A stretch of DNA of 61,410 bases from Azonexus sp. (GTDB lineage Bacteria > Pseudomonadota > Gammaproteobacteria > Burkholderiales > Rhodocyclaceae). Positions 19,721 to 30,351 of this stretch are shown one piece after another. The stretch covers positions 1 through 61,410 of the forward strand of contig JAVEXE010000001.1 of the NCBI GenBank assembly GCA_034004105.1, read 5' to 3'. The position numbers were made by a program, and so were the translations under genes. Positions within the stretch are counted from its first letter, which is position 1; every line of letters begins with the position of its first letter. The notes under the pieces were generated by a model. That model searched no databases and was not told the DNA's origin. It saw only the letters and a list, made by a program, of their open reading frames with translations.

Positions 19721-21000
19721 TGGCAACCAAGACCACCCTCGATGTCTGCATCGGATCGGCTGAGTTCCCGGTAGGGAGTCTCACCTACGTCGCCGATGGC
19801 GCCCGGTCGTACGCCAGCTTCGCCTACAAGGAAGCGTGGATCAAAAATCCGCACCGCTTCAACATCTCCCCTGACCTTGAGCTTCTGGCCGGCCAGCATC
19901 AGGTGCACAAGGCACCCACGAAAGACGACTCGACATTTCATTTCGCCTTTGCGGACACGGCACCCGACGCCTGGGGACGACGGGTGATCGCGCGCGCCCA
20001 CGCCAAAGCCCGCCAGCAGGATCCCAAGCTCACCGCACTGACCGAACTGGACTATCTGTGTGCTGTGGATGACACCAGCCGCATGGGAGCGCTGCGCTTG
20101 CGCGACCTCAAAGGCAATTACTTGCGCACGACGCCTGCCGGCACGCGCACCACACCGCCGCTGATCGAACTCGAGCGCATCATGGCGGCCTGTCGCGCGG
20201 TAGAGCACAGCAAGGAATCCAGCGAGGATCTCAAGTATTTGCTGGGCAATGGCACCTCACTGGGCGGAATGCGTCCCAAGAGTACAGTACTCGATGCCGA
20301 CGGCACGCTGGCGCTGGGTAAATTCCCGAGCGTCGAAGACACCCGCAGCGTGACGCGCGGTGAGGTGCTGGCCCTCAAGCTGGCTCGGATCGCCAAGATT
20401 GACGCCGCCCGGTCGCGCATCGAGATGATTGCCGACACGCCGGTGGCAATCGTCTCGCGCTTTGACCGCACCGCCACGAATGCACGCATTCCGTATCTTT
20501 CCGGAGCCTCCATGCTGCAGGCTGCCCGTGGCGATGAGCATGCTTATACCGAGATTATCGACATCATGAACCGCGTCTGTCTTGATGCCAAAGCGGACGC
20601 GCAGCAGTTATGGCGGCGTTTGGTATTCAACCATCTCATCACCAACACCGACGACCACTTGCACAACCTCGGATTCCTGCATGTCGGCAATGACAAGTGG
20701 GCACTCTCGCCCGCCTTCGACCTGAATCCGTTCCCGGACAAGCTCCGCGAGTCCAAGACCTGGCTGAGCGAGGACACCGGGCCGATCGATTCGATTGGGC
20801 AACTGCTTGGCAAGGCGGCTTACTTCTATCTCGATCAGAGCCAGGCCCTCACCATTCTGGCCGAGGTGCATGCCGCGGTTAAGGATTGGCGGCAGGTCGC
20901 GCTGAGTCAGGAGGTCGGCCTGTCCCGGGGAGAGTTAGCGGATTTTGCACCGGCTTTCGAGCATGCGGAGATGGAGGTGGCAGCCGGACTCATTCGATAG
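19720..21000 (+). CDS. hipA: HipA-family kinase toxin
   Basis: DTAPDAWGR, SLGGMRPKS, RFDR, NTDDHLHN, LSPAFDLNP. Confidence 0.92.
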   Translation: MATKTTLDVCIGSAEFPVGSLTYVADGARSYASFAYKEAWIKNPHRFNISPDLELLAGQHQVHKAPTKDDSTFHFAFADTAPDAWGRRVIARAHAKARQQDPKLTALTELDYLCAVDDTSRMGALRLRDLKGNYLRTTPAGTRTTPPLIELERIMAACRAVEHSKESSEDLKYLLGNGTSLGGMRPKSTVLDADGTLALGKFPSVEDTRSVTRGEVLALKLARIAKIDAARSRIEMIADTPVAIVSRFDRTATNARIPYLSGASMLQAARGDEHAYTEIIDIMNRVCLDAKADAQQLWRRLVFNHLITNTDDHLHNLGFLHVGNDKWALSPAFDLNPFPDKLRESKTWLSEDTGPIDSIGQLLGKAAYFYLDQSQALTILAEVHAAVKDWRQVALSQEVGLSRGELADFAPAFEHAEMEVAAGLIR

Positions 21001-21366
21001 CTGGGGCCGGGCTGGGATCGCCAAGGCGGGCTATCAGAATCTCCCGCATTGCTGCATCAAGCCTTGCTGTCACGGGAGCATCACAGTCAGGCTACGACTG
21101 GTCGATGACCTCCTCTCTGAAGCCGACACTCAAAGTTCCGGATGACTCTGAAACAGGCCGGACGAACTAAGGAAGCACCTCGGCCTTAGCGGAAATTCAG
21201 GCAGCGATGCTCAAGTTCCGCATCCGGCCAGAGGACTGCTGCCGCTCATCGTTTCCGCAGACCAGTCATTCGAGAGACAGCTTGACACGGAACCTACCTG
21301 ACACTCTAAGCGCCCCTCGGCCGTAGCCGTCCAGGAGCAAGACTCGTTTGGTGAGACGATCCGCTT

Positions 21367-22461
21367 TCAAACGGCTACCGCATTCTGCGGACGTGCAAAT
21401 GCACCTGAGTACCGAGAGTACAGGTGCTGAATGACCTCAAGCAAGATGTCGGATAACGCTAGCCAGCTGTTAAATTGCTGCTTGCCATTTGTTGTTCCAT
21501 GTACGGGACGATAATGAACACACTGGTTGCGCAATTCGTAGATGCGCTTCGCTACGGGTTTCGAACGATTCTCTTCCCCGGGAACAACGCCCACAATTTG
21601 AAGCAAACGGTCGATTAGCGGCGCCTCTAATTCACCGAAAAGATGGGCTATGGCGTCGTCCTCTCTCCGCCGCCATCCCAAGTGTTGTTCAATGGTTGCA
21701 GCCACCTGAAGCGCGGGGTGAGAGAGCCCCAAAGCATCGGACAATTCGGCAATCGCGGGAATCGGGAAGAGCTGTTCAACACAACGATATATAGCCAAGA
21801 ATGCCGAATCCTCCCGTGTCTCAGTAATTGCTCTAAGAAGCAGATGGAAAGGGGCTTGCTCGTCAGGGTCACGGATCATGTAACTGAGCCTTTCAAGCGA
21901 GGTTGCCGGCCATTCAAGTGGCCTTGCCTTGGGTGCACCAAGAATGGCCGCTATAGCGGCTCGCAGTCCAAATTCCCTGTCAAAAACAAGGCCACTTGTG
22001 GGGTCGATCCGAAAAACATCAATACTCTCGAAGAATCGCCTCACTATTTCTACATCAATCAGACCGACTTCGCCCTCGAGCGGGTAGAAGACGTATTCAT
22101 GTAATTGCTGAGCAAGATCCATGGAACGAAGGAGTGGCACTTGAAGCTCTGAGACGATAGCCGTAAACATTCCGGAGTTAACGGGTATACACTCAAACTC
22201 TGCTGGAGGAGTAGTTACCTCTAGACCTACAGCGACCAAATAATGATCACCCTCATATTCACCCAGTGCAAGGCTGGACGTTGAACTGAGTAGCAAATGA
22301 GAAGAAGACCGAATATCTAAATGCTGCAACCAGCGCTTTCCATCCCGGTCAGTTTGGACAGCGCGCTTCTGCTGCAGCACCTGACTCGAAACAAGATCAC
22401 CTACCGCGTCAGCAAGGCGAGCGAACAGCTTCTGGTTCGCTTCAATCATATTTCTCGCCAT
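21367..22461 (-). CDS. HEPN-domain protein, putative RNase effector
   Basis: FLAIYRCVEQLF and IYELRNQCVH (Rx4H) near the C-terminus. Confidence 0.7.
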   Translation of the reverse strand: MARNMIEANQKLFARLADAVGDLVSSQVLQQKRAVQTDRDGKRWLQHLDIRSSSHLLLSSTSSLALGEYEGDHYLVAVGLEVTTPPAEFECIPVNSGMFTAIVSELQVPLLRSMDLAQQLHEYVFYPLEGEVGLIDVEIVRRFFESIDVFRIDPTSGLVFDREFGLRAAIAAILGAPKARPLEWPATSLERLSYMIRDPDEQAPFHLLLRAITETREDSAFLAIYRCVEQLFPIPAIAELSDALGLSHPALQVAATIEQHLGWRRREDDAIAHLFGELEAPLIDRLLQIVGVVPGEENRSKPVAKRIYELRNQCVHYRPVHGTTNGKQQFNSWLALSDILLEVIQHLYSRYSGAFARPQNAVAV

Positions 22462-22476
22462 AGAGACAACGCGACC

Positions 22477-23679
22477 CTAATACGCACGCCAACACGGAGT
22501 CATGTCAGCCAAGGCAAAGTCTTCCTCCAAGAGGACTTGAAATGCTTTAAGGAAAAACTCACGTTCCATGTCACCAACGGACAAGCCCGATTTCCCTCTC
22601 GCGATTGCTTCGTTCAGCGTCTGAAATCCAAGGAAATCGCCGATCTCCTCGTTATCAAGTTTTTGCAGCTTCTTCTCTAGTTTGGCTAGTCCCCTGATGA
22701 TTTTTTCTAGCCGTTTCGCCTGGTCTGTTGTCGGCCGATTTACGCCGGGACGCCCGAAAACGTCCGTTGCAATTGCTGTTATTAAACCTACACATGCTGG
22801 CTGGCTGGCGAACAAATCTTTTCCACTAGTGAAACGAACAGCATTGCCACTCTTCTTCTTGAATCGATCGAATAGAACATCGAGACGCACTAACACGTCC
22901 ATTGCATTGCAAAAGTGTTTTGCAAAATCCTTATCCGACGCGGCTTCCATGAAGTCCAATTTCGTGAACTCGTCAGCAAGTCTTTCCCGAATATCAATTT
23001 TCTCCTTCCGAGCACCGAATACCAAAAACAACTCTACAAGTTCATTCGCTTGGAACTGCCCACCCTTTGAGCGTCGTCGCCCATCGTTTAACTGTAGAAC
23101 TTCAAGGCCGCCAACTTGCCCCTCGATTTCAAGAATAAGCGATCGGAATACAACTTCTACTTGACTTCGGAGATTCCAGGGCACCTGACCGGTGTTCAGC
23201 ACAAGCATTCGGTAGATTAGGCTGTTGGTCGATTCGGAAATCCAGAACTCAACTCGCATAGGTCGTTTGCCAACCTCAGGCGCCGAAGCCATCGCTTCTC
23301 GAAGAGCCGTTGTCCGTTGCATACCATCGATGATGGATATCCGATCATCCTCTTGCTGCTTTATCGTAGGCACGACTTGCTTTGCCGCAAGCTTTGTAGC
23401 TAAAGAAAAGTCGTCTGGGGCAAGAACTACGCCTACGACCACAGGAGGAAGAACTGCGCCGTTCACTATGTCCTCAACCATTCGCCGCCGAATCCGAATG
23501 GCAGAAGTTGTACGCAGTTTCTCTCGTTGAAACTCGATGCCTCCTCGGTTTTGATATGCAGCTTCGACCAAGTCAAGATAGTCTCCAGTCCTCATGGTCG
23601 TCATGATTGAGTAGCAATCGACGCGCTGGTCGTGGAGTCTATCGGGCCTGGCAGAAGGGCTCTTGATAGCTGCTGGCAT
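22477..23679 (-). CDS. ParB/Srx-superfamily (DGQHR/DUF262-like) protein
   Basis: LPPVVVG, IIDGMQRTTAL, MLVLNTGQVPW; RBS GAGGA before the ATG at 23679. Confidence 0.7.
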   Translation of the reverse strand: MPAAIKSPSARPDRLHDQRVDCYSIMTTMRTGDYLDLVEAAYQNRGGIEFQREKLRTTSAIRIRRRMVEDIVNGAVLPPVVVGVVLAPDDFSLATKLAAKQVVPTIKQQEDDRISIIDGMQRTTALREAMASAPEVGKRPMRVEFWISESTNSLIYRMLVLNTGQVPWNLRSQVEVVFRSLILEIEGQVGGLEVLQLNDGRRRSKGGQFQANELVELFLVFGARKEKIDIRERLADEFTKLDFMEAASDKDFAKHFCNAMDVLVRLDVLFDRFKKKSGNAVRFTSGKDLFASQPACVGLITAIATDVFGRPGVNRPTTDQAKRLEKIIRGLAKLEKKLQKLDNEEIGDFLGFQTLNEAIARGKSGLSVGDMEREFFLKAFQVLLEEDFALADMTPCWRAY

Positions 23680-24024
23680 TTGGAACTTCCTCTTAGTTAA
23701 ATATTGCTTTGGATCGCCTCGAGTAACGACGAGAGGCATTGCCAATCGTTTGATTCACATGTTATTGAGGTTGAACGATACCAAATAAATCAGCGTCCTG
23801 AGGATGAATAACGAGCTGCCCCATCAGTGGCCACCCTTACGGATGGCTGCAAGCCTGCGGACCTTCAGTGTTCGTCCGACACTTGCCAATGATCTTTTGC
23901 TAAGAATGGCTGCTGTACTGAATCTAAGAATCGACGCATCCCTCACCAGGTTAATGTCATATTCGCCGATTTAGCAAGGTGCGAATATGTCAGTGCGATC
24001 CATGCCCTCTTCCCTTACACGAAA

Positions 24025-27000
24025 TCACGGCAGATACTCCATCTCCGGCAGCACCAGCTCCCAGTTCTTGCACCTGAGATTTTCCGCCTCCCCCTCCTTT
24101 GCCTTCCTCGCCAGAATCGCCGCCACCCGCACTTCAATGATCTTTCCTGACGGGGGTGAGAATTTCTGCGCCATCCGGGTCACCGCGACCCCGTTCGAAT
24201 CCGCCACCTCCCATCCTGTCTTGCCATCAGAACGCGGACGCAGCACCAGCGGGCTGCCGACCTCAAGTACCGCAATCGCCTTGTGAATCGGTGCCGTCGC
24301 AGAAAAGTACCCTGGCCAGGACAGGACGATCTGTTCCGGGTCGGCAATCCAGGTTCGATGCGCAAGTCTGGGATCGACTTCAAAGCCGCTCGGCTGGGAA
24401 CGCAAAGGCAACTTCCCGAGATCGCGCACGAAGGCATGACGGCCGCCGCCGCTTTCACTGACGGTGAGCGTCTTGCGTGCCCGGGTCATGGCCACGTAGA
24501 ACAGGCGTCGCTCTTCGTCATTGGCATCGGACCATCCGCCCCCGTCGAGAATCAGCACATGGTCGAATTCCAGGCCCTTGGCGCGATGCGCCGTCATCAG
24601 AACCAGCGGACCATTGGGCCGGTCACCCGAGGCATTCTTGCCACCGGAGCCATATTCGTAGATTGATTCGATCAGGTTCTGGACGACCTGCTCGCTTCCT
24701 GGCGCAACCGACTCGCATTCGACGATGAACTGTGCCAATGCTGCCCGTTGGGGGTGTTCGATCAGGCTATCGACCGTAACTCCGTAGCGGCGCCTGAACC
24801 ATCGCGACAATGTGCCACTCCGCAGCAATACCCGCGAACGTCGGGCTTGCCGGAACTCCTCGCGCAGCAACGACAACAACTGATCACCCTCTCGGGTGGC
24901 ATGTAAGTCTGGCGCATGGTTGTCCCGCAGCAGCCGGACGGGAATCCTCCGCAAACGACACAAGGCTGCCAAGGGCTCCAGGTCATCCCAACGACGGGCG
25001 ATGACGGCGAAACGCCCCCATTCAGCGGCCGAGCCACTCAATCCAATGAGACGTTCAAGCTCTGCCAGTGCCATTTGAATGGCAATGTTGAAATTCTCGG
25101 GGACTTCGAGAATATGTATGCGCCCGGCCGCCACAGGGTCGATGCGCGCATAGTCACCACCCGCAGGCTGATCGCGCCGCGCGTGGTTGATACGGATTGC
25201 CTGATCCGTCTTCATGCGCTCGCGAGCACGCGCAATCAGTTGGTTGGCGCAGTCGATGATGTTGGTCGTCGAACGGTAGTTTTCGATGAGGTGATAGCGA
25301 CGAGCCTTGTAGTCAGTCTCGAACTGACGGATATAGCGAACACTGGCACCATCGAAGGCATAGATGTTCTGGTCATCGTCTCCGACCACCATCAGGGAAA
25401 CCTTGTCTTCCTCATTGAGTGTGCGTCCCGCCAAGGCACTGATCAGGTCGTAATGATCGCCGTTGATGTCCTGATACTCATCGACCAGCAGGAAACGCAG
25501 ACCTGACAGTACCCGGTCGCGTTGTACCGATGGCCCAATCTCGTCTCCTTGTTCGGCTTTCCGCAATCGTTCCGTCGCCGCCTTGATAACCGTATCGAAT
25601 TGAGGCTTTTCTCCACGCTCGGCTGCCACGGCAAAACTGGTTCCGGTCAGCCGCATCGCAAGGCCATGAATGGTCTGGACGACAACGCCGCCGGCATCCG
25701 GCCCAACCAGTGCCCAGAGACGGCGCCGGATCTCAACCGCCGCTGAACGGTTGTAGGCTAGGACCATGATCTCGTCCGGCAGAACCATGCATTCGCGCAA
25801 CAACCAGGCAATACGATGAACAATGACGCGGGTCTTGCCAGACCCCGGCCCAGCCAGCACCAGATGGTTGCCTTCGATGGACGTCGCAACAATGGCTTGT
25901 TGCTCAGGGTTTTGCAGATCGGTCAGGATGCGGCGGTGCGACGCCTCCGTGGTCGCCATCTCCAGCACATCCTTTCGACCGGCAAAGTAGCGTTTCACGA
26001 AGTCATTCCGATCCATACTGAAGTAGTCTTCGATGAACGCCATCGCTGCCTTGACCTTGCCCAAGGCCAGCCGGGCATACTCTGCCATCACATGCACCTG
26101 GACGATCTTGTCCTTGTAATGCAAGTCCAGTTCGGCGTAGTCGGACTTCTTGAACTGGCGTCGCCTGGCTTCGGCGTTCAGGGCGATGCTCATCGCCGAA
26201 CGGAACACCGCCTTGCCGCGTGACAGATGCAGCACCTCGTTGGTATCGAGATAGATCAGGCTGGCCGCCAGGGCAATATTCCAGTCGCGAACTTCCAGAT
26301 CCTGCAGGGTAATGTCAGTCTGCAGGCTGGCCTCAAGGCCCCCCTGTCGGCAGGTAACAAGAAGATTGTTTCCCTGGCGCTTGCTCAGAAACTGGGTAAT
26401 AAGCGCCTTGGCCAGCTTCATGCGCCGATGGCGGATCGTTTCGATGTCCTGCCAGCTGCGCAGCAGCTTGATGTAGCGGTTGTCCATTCCGGCCGGTCGG
26501 AGGGCAAAGAAACCGCGCTGTCCAGGACCTCCGCCGAAGGCCTCGGCAAACGACTTGAGAAGCCGAGAAAGTTTCTCCGGATCGAAATCAACCTGGGTAT
26601 CGCGCCGCAAGGTGTCACACAGGCGGCGGACATCCAGGATCTGCCAGTTTTCCTGATCGGCGTCGGGAGCCGCCTCGCGCAAGTTGGCCAACAGGGCATC
26701 TTCCAGCTTGCACAGCGCCTCCAGCCGTTCGACCGTATCGGAGTCTTTATAGAGCGTCACCCCGATCTCGGTATCGTTGGAGAGCAGCTTCAGCCGATCC
26801 AGATCGCGCAGCATCGATTGCAGCTTGTGCGAATCCAGCCCGGTGGCCAGCATCAGTTCGTCGGTCGACAGTCCTTCGTCGTCTTCGGCCCGGATCAACG
26901 ATGACAGGATCGCCAGATAGGGCGCGATATCGGTACTGGCGCCAAGCTTTTTGCGCAGGATGGCTTCCGCCTCTTCCAGACTACCGACCTGCAGGCTACC

Positions 27001-29157
27001 GGGGAAGACACGGGTGTGGTTCTCATGGCGCTCAAGCAGCCTTGCTTCTTCGAGCCATGCCACGGCGATCCTGACCTTGGTATCGGCATCTGAGGCATCG
27101 GGATCGATGCGCAGTTTCTCCGGGATTTCGAGCAGGATCTCACCGCTGGTCACCACGACGGAGCCTTCGCTGCGATCCTTGCGCTCGATCTGGCGCAGGG
27201 CCTTCAGGATGGCATGAATGTCATGCTGCGTCAGGCGCGCATTTTTCAACAGGCGGAACTGGACATCGAGGTCGGCGTCGTCATAGAGCAGCAAACAGCG
27301 GGCTGGGTCCTGATCCCGCCCTGCCCGCCCCGCCTCCTGCAGATAGTTCTCCAGCGAACCGGGAGTATCGAGGTGGATCACCAGACGAACGTCGGCCTTG
27401 TCCACACCCATACCGAAGGCGTTCGTTGCCGCAATAACTCGCCGCTCGCCCGATAGGAAAGCCTCCTGAACGCTGCGTTTCTCAGTCGGCAGCATTCCGC
27501 CATGGAAGTAGCCACAATCTAGGCCGGCCTCCTTCAGGAAAGCCGCCAGTTCTTCGACCGTCTTCTGGCGGGCACAGAAGACAATGGCACCGCCTTCCTC
27601 GCGCAGGGCTTCCTGCAACAGCCGGAGGACTTCGGGATACTTGGCCTGCGGGGTAACCGCCCGAACCTCATAGGCCAGGTTGTCGCGGCGAACTCCGCCA
27701 GCAAGCACGTCAAGGCTGACCCCGAGGCGCTTGGTGAAGTGGTTGCGAATATCCTCGACCACATCGGGTTTGGCCGTTGCCGTGAAGCAGAAGATCGGCG
27801 AAGGTGCATCTTTCTGGCGTGCCTTGATGAAGCGCGACACATACAGGTAGTCAGGCCGGAAGTCGTGTCCCCACTTGGACAGGCAGTGCGCCTCATCGAA
27901 CACCCAGGCACCGATCTCCCGATGCATCAGGGCATTCGCGAAGGCCGTACTGCGAAACTGTTCAGGTGCCACAAAGATCAAACCAAGGTCGCCCAATCGC
28001 AGCTTGTCGAGCATGACCCGCCGTTCCATCGGGTTCAACAAGCTGTTCAGATAACCGGCGCAGGTGATGCCGCGCTTCTCCAGGTTATCGACCTGATCCT
28101 TCATCAGCGACTGCAGCGGCGAGACGATGACGGTCAGGCTGCCGTTGCGGTAATACCTAGCCAAAGCCGGCAACTGAAAGCACAGCGACTTGCCACCGCC
28201 GGTGGGCAGAATAGCCAGTGTCGGCTTGCCGGCAAAGCCGTTCTCGACGATGGTCTGCTGCAGCGAACGGCCATCGGCTGTCGTCGGCGTCGAACGGAAC
28301 TGGGTAATGCCGGGAAAGTATCTCGGCAAAACCGTCAGCAGATCGTGTTGCTCCTTGCACCAGGCACATTGCGGGTCGGAACATGGCACATCCCGCAGGG
28401 CGGTGATGACATCACGTGTCTTTGGGTAGCTAAAACTCACCCAGGGCGGCAAAACCGAATTGCCCCCGGCGACCCGCAGCCAGGCGAGGGCATAGGCAAT
28501 CGGCTTATGCCAATCCGGGTTGGGGAGATATGTATCCCTCACGAACTGTTGGGCGGTCACGCACACTTTGCCATGGGTCGCTCGCATCCAGGCTGCTTGA
28601 GCCTCTGGCAAGCTGGGGCGCAATGCTCGGCGCAGGGTCGCGAAGAAGTTCGCCACCCCCTTGCCGTTTTCCGGGGCGAGCAGGTAATGCAGGCATAGCG
28701 CCTCGTCGGGATATTCCTCGACACGCTGCTGCAATGCTTCGCCCTGATCGAGGAACAACTCATAGGCCAGTTCGGCATCGCGAACGGGGTCATTGCGCGT
28801 GGTCGTGCAGAGCTTGTAGTCCTTGACCAGCCGGTGATAGGGGTTCTGCGGGAATGCGACCGGCGAGAGTTCCAAGGTATCGACCAGCGGTAGTTGATGC
28901 AGGGCCAGATCGGGGTGCAACACGGCCAGCGCGGGCTGGTCGAACGCGATGACGTTGTGACCGAGGACGAAGGCCGCACCCTGTGTCAGTTCATTGAGCT
29001 GGGAGACGAGATTCCTCGCCTTGCCCGGGATACGGGCACGGACATCGGTGTCGGGCCGGAAAGCACCGACCTCCCGCAGGATCGTTCGATCCTGTCGGGC
29101 GGTTTCAATATCAAGGCAGAGACATTTTGCCCGGGCTTTTGCCTGTGTTTCCGTCAT
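24025..29157 (-). CDS. Fusion of an exonuclease-like domain, a RecQ (SF2) helicase and a UvrD (SF1) helicase
   Basis: CLDIET/GHNVIAFD; PTGGGKS, DEAH, TATA, ATNAFGMG, QEAGRAGRD; AGPGSGKT, DEYQD, VGDDDQNIY, NYRS, HRAKGLEFD, YVAMTRA. Confidence 0.9.
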   Translation of the reverse strand: MTETQAKARAKCLCLDIETARQDRTILREVGAFRPDTDVRARIPGKARNLVSQLNELTQGAAFVLGHNVIAFDQPALAVLHPDLALHQLPLVDTLELSPVAFPQNPYHRLVKDYKLCTTTRNDPVRDAELAYELFLDQGEALQQRVEEYPDEALCLHYLLAPENGKGVANFFATLRRALRPSLPEAQAAWMRATHGKVCVTAQQFVRDTYLPNPDWHKPIAYALAWLRVAGGNSVLPPWVSFSYPKTRDVITALRDVPCSDPQCAWCKEQHDLLTVLPRYFPGITQFRSTPTTADGRSLQQTIVENGFAGKPTLAILPTGGGKSLCFQLPALARYYRNGSLTVIVSPLQSLMKDQVDNLEKRGITCAGYLNSLLNPMERRVMLDKLRLGDLGLIFVAPEQFRSTAFANALMHREIGAWVFDEAHCLSKWGHDFRPDYLYVSRFIKARQKDAPSPIFCFTATAKPDVVEDIRNHFTKRLGVSLDVLAGGVRRDNLAYEVRAVTPQAKYPEVLRLLQEALREEGGAIVFCARQKTVEELAAFLKEAGLDCGYFHGGMLPTEKRSVQEAFLSGERRVIAATNAFGMGVDKADVRLVIHLDTPGSLENYLQEAGRAGRDQDPARCLLLYDDADLDVQFRLLKNARLTQHDIHAILKALRQIERKDRSEGSVVVTSGEILLEIPEKLRIDPDASDADTKVRIAVAWLEEARLLERHENHTRVFPGSLQVGSLEEAEAILRKKLGASTDIAPYLAILSSLIRAEDDEGLSTDELMLATGLDSHKLQSMLRDLDRLKLLSNDTEIGVTLYKDSDTVERLEALCKLEDALLANLREAAPDADQENWQILDVRRLCDTLRRDTQVDFDPEKLSRLLKSFAEAFGGGPGQRGFFALRPAGMDNRYIKLLRSWQDIETIRHRRMKLAKALITQFLSKRQGNNLLVTCRQGGLEASLQTDITLQDLEVRDWNIALAASLIYLDTNEVLHLSRGKAVFRSAMSIALNAEARRRQFKKSDYAELDLHYKDKIVQVHVMAEYARLALGKVKAAMAFIEDYFSMDRNDFVKRYFAGRKDVLEMATTEASHRRILTDLQNPEQQAIVATSIEGNHLVLAGPGSGKTRVIVHRIAWLLRECMVLPDEIMVLAYNRSAAVEIRRRLWALVGPDAGGVVVQTIHGLAMRLTGTSFAVAAERGEKPQFDTVIKAATERLRKAEQGDEIGPSVQRDRVLSGLRFLLVDEYQDINGDHYDLISALAGRTLNEEDKVSLMVVGDDDQNIYAFDGASVRYIRQFETDYKARRYHLIENYRSTTNIIDCANQLIARARERMKTDQAIRINHARRDQPAGGDYARIDPVAAGRIHILEVPENFNIAIQMALAELERLIGLSGSAAEWGRFAVIARRWDDLEPLAALCRLRRIPVRLLRDNHAPDLHATREGDQLLSLLREEFRQARRSRVLLRSGTLSRWFRRRYGVTVDSLIEHPQRAALAQFIVECESVAPGSEQVVQNLIESIYEYGSGGKNASGDRPNGPLVLMTAHRAKGLEFDHVLILDGGGWSDANDEERRLFYVAMTRARKTLTVSESGGGRHAFVRDLGKLPLRSQPSGFEVDPRLAHRTWIADPEQIVLSWPGYFSATAPIHKAIAVLEVGSPLVLRPRSDGKTGWEVADSNGVAVTRMAQKFSPPSGKIIEVRVAAILARKAKEGEAENLRCKNWELVLPEMEYLP

Positions 29158-29222
29158 AACCCGGCAAGGTTACCGGAGGTCCTGTTAAACAGGAACACCT
29201 GTAGTGCTACTACGTGTGTCTT

Positions 29223-29600
29223 TTACCCGGTAACTGCTGGCATGCTGGGATATGCCTCGGATCGATCCTTTATTCGTCCCAGCCGAACAAGTCTGGCCGC
29301 GATGGCTCCCTCCGTCCTGGCATGCTTTCCAGCAATCTCCTTGATGGAAGTACCCGCATCAAAATGCTCCAAGAGTGCTTTGTCTTCTCTCTCGTTCCAA
29401 GAACGCCCCGCATTTCCTGGTAATGACGCGTCTCGCTCCACGCGCTTAGCCGCACTCTCAAGCGCCTTCACCGCCACAAATAGCGCACGTATTACTGAAG
29501 GATTATTGAAGGGAGTTTGCGAAGGAAGGATCTCACCCGTTTCTGGATCAATCCCATTCGCTAATGCGTCTATGACCTTCTTGGCTTCCAGTGGTGTCAT
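29223..29600 (-). CDS. Small protein with C-terminal SANT/Myb-like HTH
   Basis: ALANGIDPETGE N-terminus; AGRSWNEREDKAL...IAGKHARTEGAIAARL. Confidence 0.7.
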   Translation of the reverse strand: MTPLEAKKVIDALANGIDPETGEILPSQTPFNNPSVIRALFVAVKALESAAKRVERDASLPGNAGRSWNEREDKALLEHFDAGTSIKEIAGKHARTEGAIAARLVRLGRIKDRSEAYPSMPAVTG

Positions 29601-29750
29601 AAAAGGTTACTTTGAAAAAAGTGCGAGGAGTGTTCGGTTGCTTTATCTAATCCGACACCTTGATAGTGGAGCAACAACACGTAGATTTTGCAGCAAGTAC
29701 AGCAAAACAATCAACCTGTCAGGAACTGGCAGGTTTGCCCCCACCCTGCC

Positions 29751-30347
29751 CTACAGCCGCTTCTGTAGATGCCCCACCCATAGCCAAAGCGAGAGCGCCA
29801 TGAAGAAAATTACCGTGGGGGCGACGATGAAGGGCATGGGTACGGGAATGCATAGCCACACCAGCACGGCAACGCTGACAAGCTTGAAGAAGTGGATCCC
29901 GATCTTGTGGCGTATCGGGCTTTGCGACACGAATGAGGTTTTACGGATTTCACGCAGGTAGAAGCCATCAACGGAGGCTGCCAGCACAAACGGAATCCCC
30001 AGCAGACCCCACATGAGGAGCGTGAAGCTGCGGTAGGTGATCAGATTGAGCCAGATCAGGCTCGTATAAATGCGATCCATGGCCCAGTGGTCAATCTCGC
30101 GCCGGCTCATTCCTGCTGCCGCCTTACCGGCATCTTTGGCCATCACGTTCAACGCGGAAGCTGTTTGCAAGATCACCCACTGATTGGCCCCCTCCCCAGC
30201 CCACCGCGTCATCTGCTGTTGCTCGGCGAGCCATGTCGCATCGATGATGCGCACGGGGATCAGCGCCCATGCAGCCAAAAAACCGATGAGCAGCAGAACC
30301 GCAATAAACGATCCCCATTCACCGCGCTTTTGCTCTTGACGCGCCAC
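29751..30347 (-). CDS. DUF4400-family membrane protein, coupling-protein partner
   Basis: Directly after traD; VDGFYLREIRKTSF...SP motif; C-terminal QKRL. Confidence 0.75.
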   Translation of the reverse strand: MARQEQKRGEWGSFIAVLLLIGFLAAWALIPVRIIDATWLAEQQQMTRWAGEGANQWVILQTASALNVMAKDAGKAAAGMSRREIDHWAMDRIYTSLIWLNLITYRSFTLLMWGLLGIPFVLAASVDGFYLREIRKTSFVSQSPIRHKIGIHFFKLVSVAVLVWLCIPVPMPFIVAPTVIFFMALSLWLWVGHLQKRL

Positions 30348-30351
30348 TTCA

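Noticed and set aside
19222-20208. 328-aa minus-strand ORF
   Set aside because: Shadow of hipBA.
28894-29961. 355-aa plus-strand ORF
   Set aside because: Antisense to three better-supported genes.
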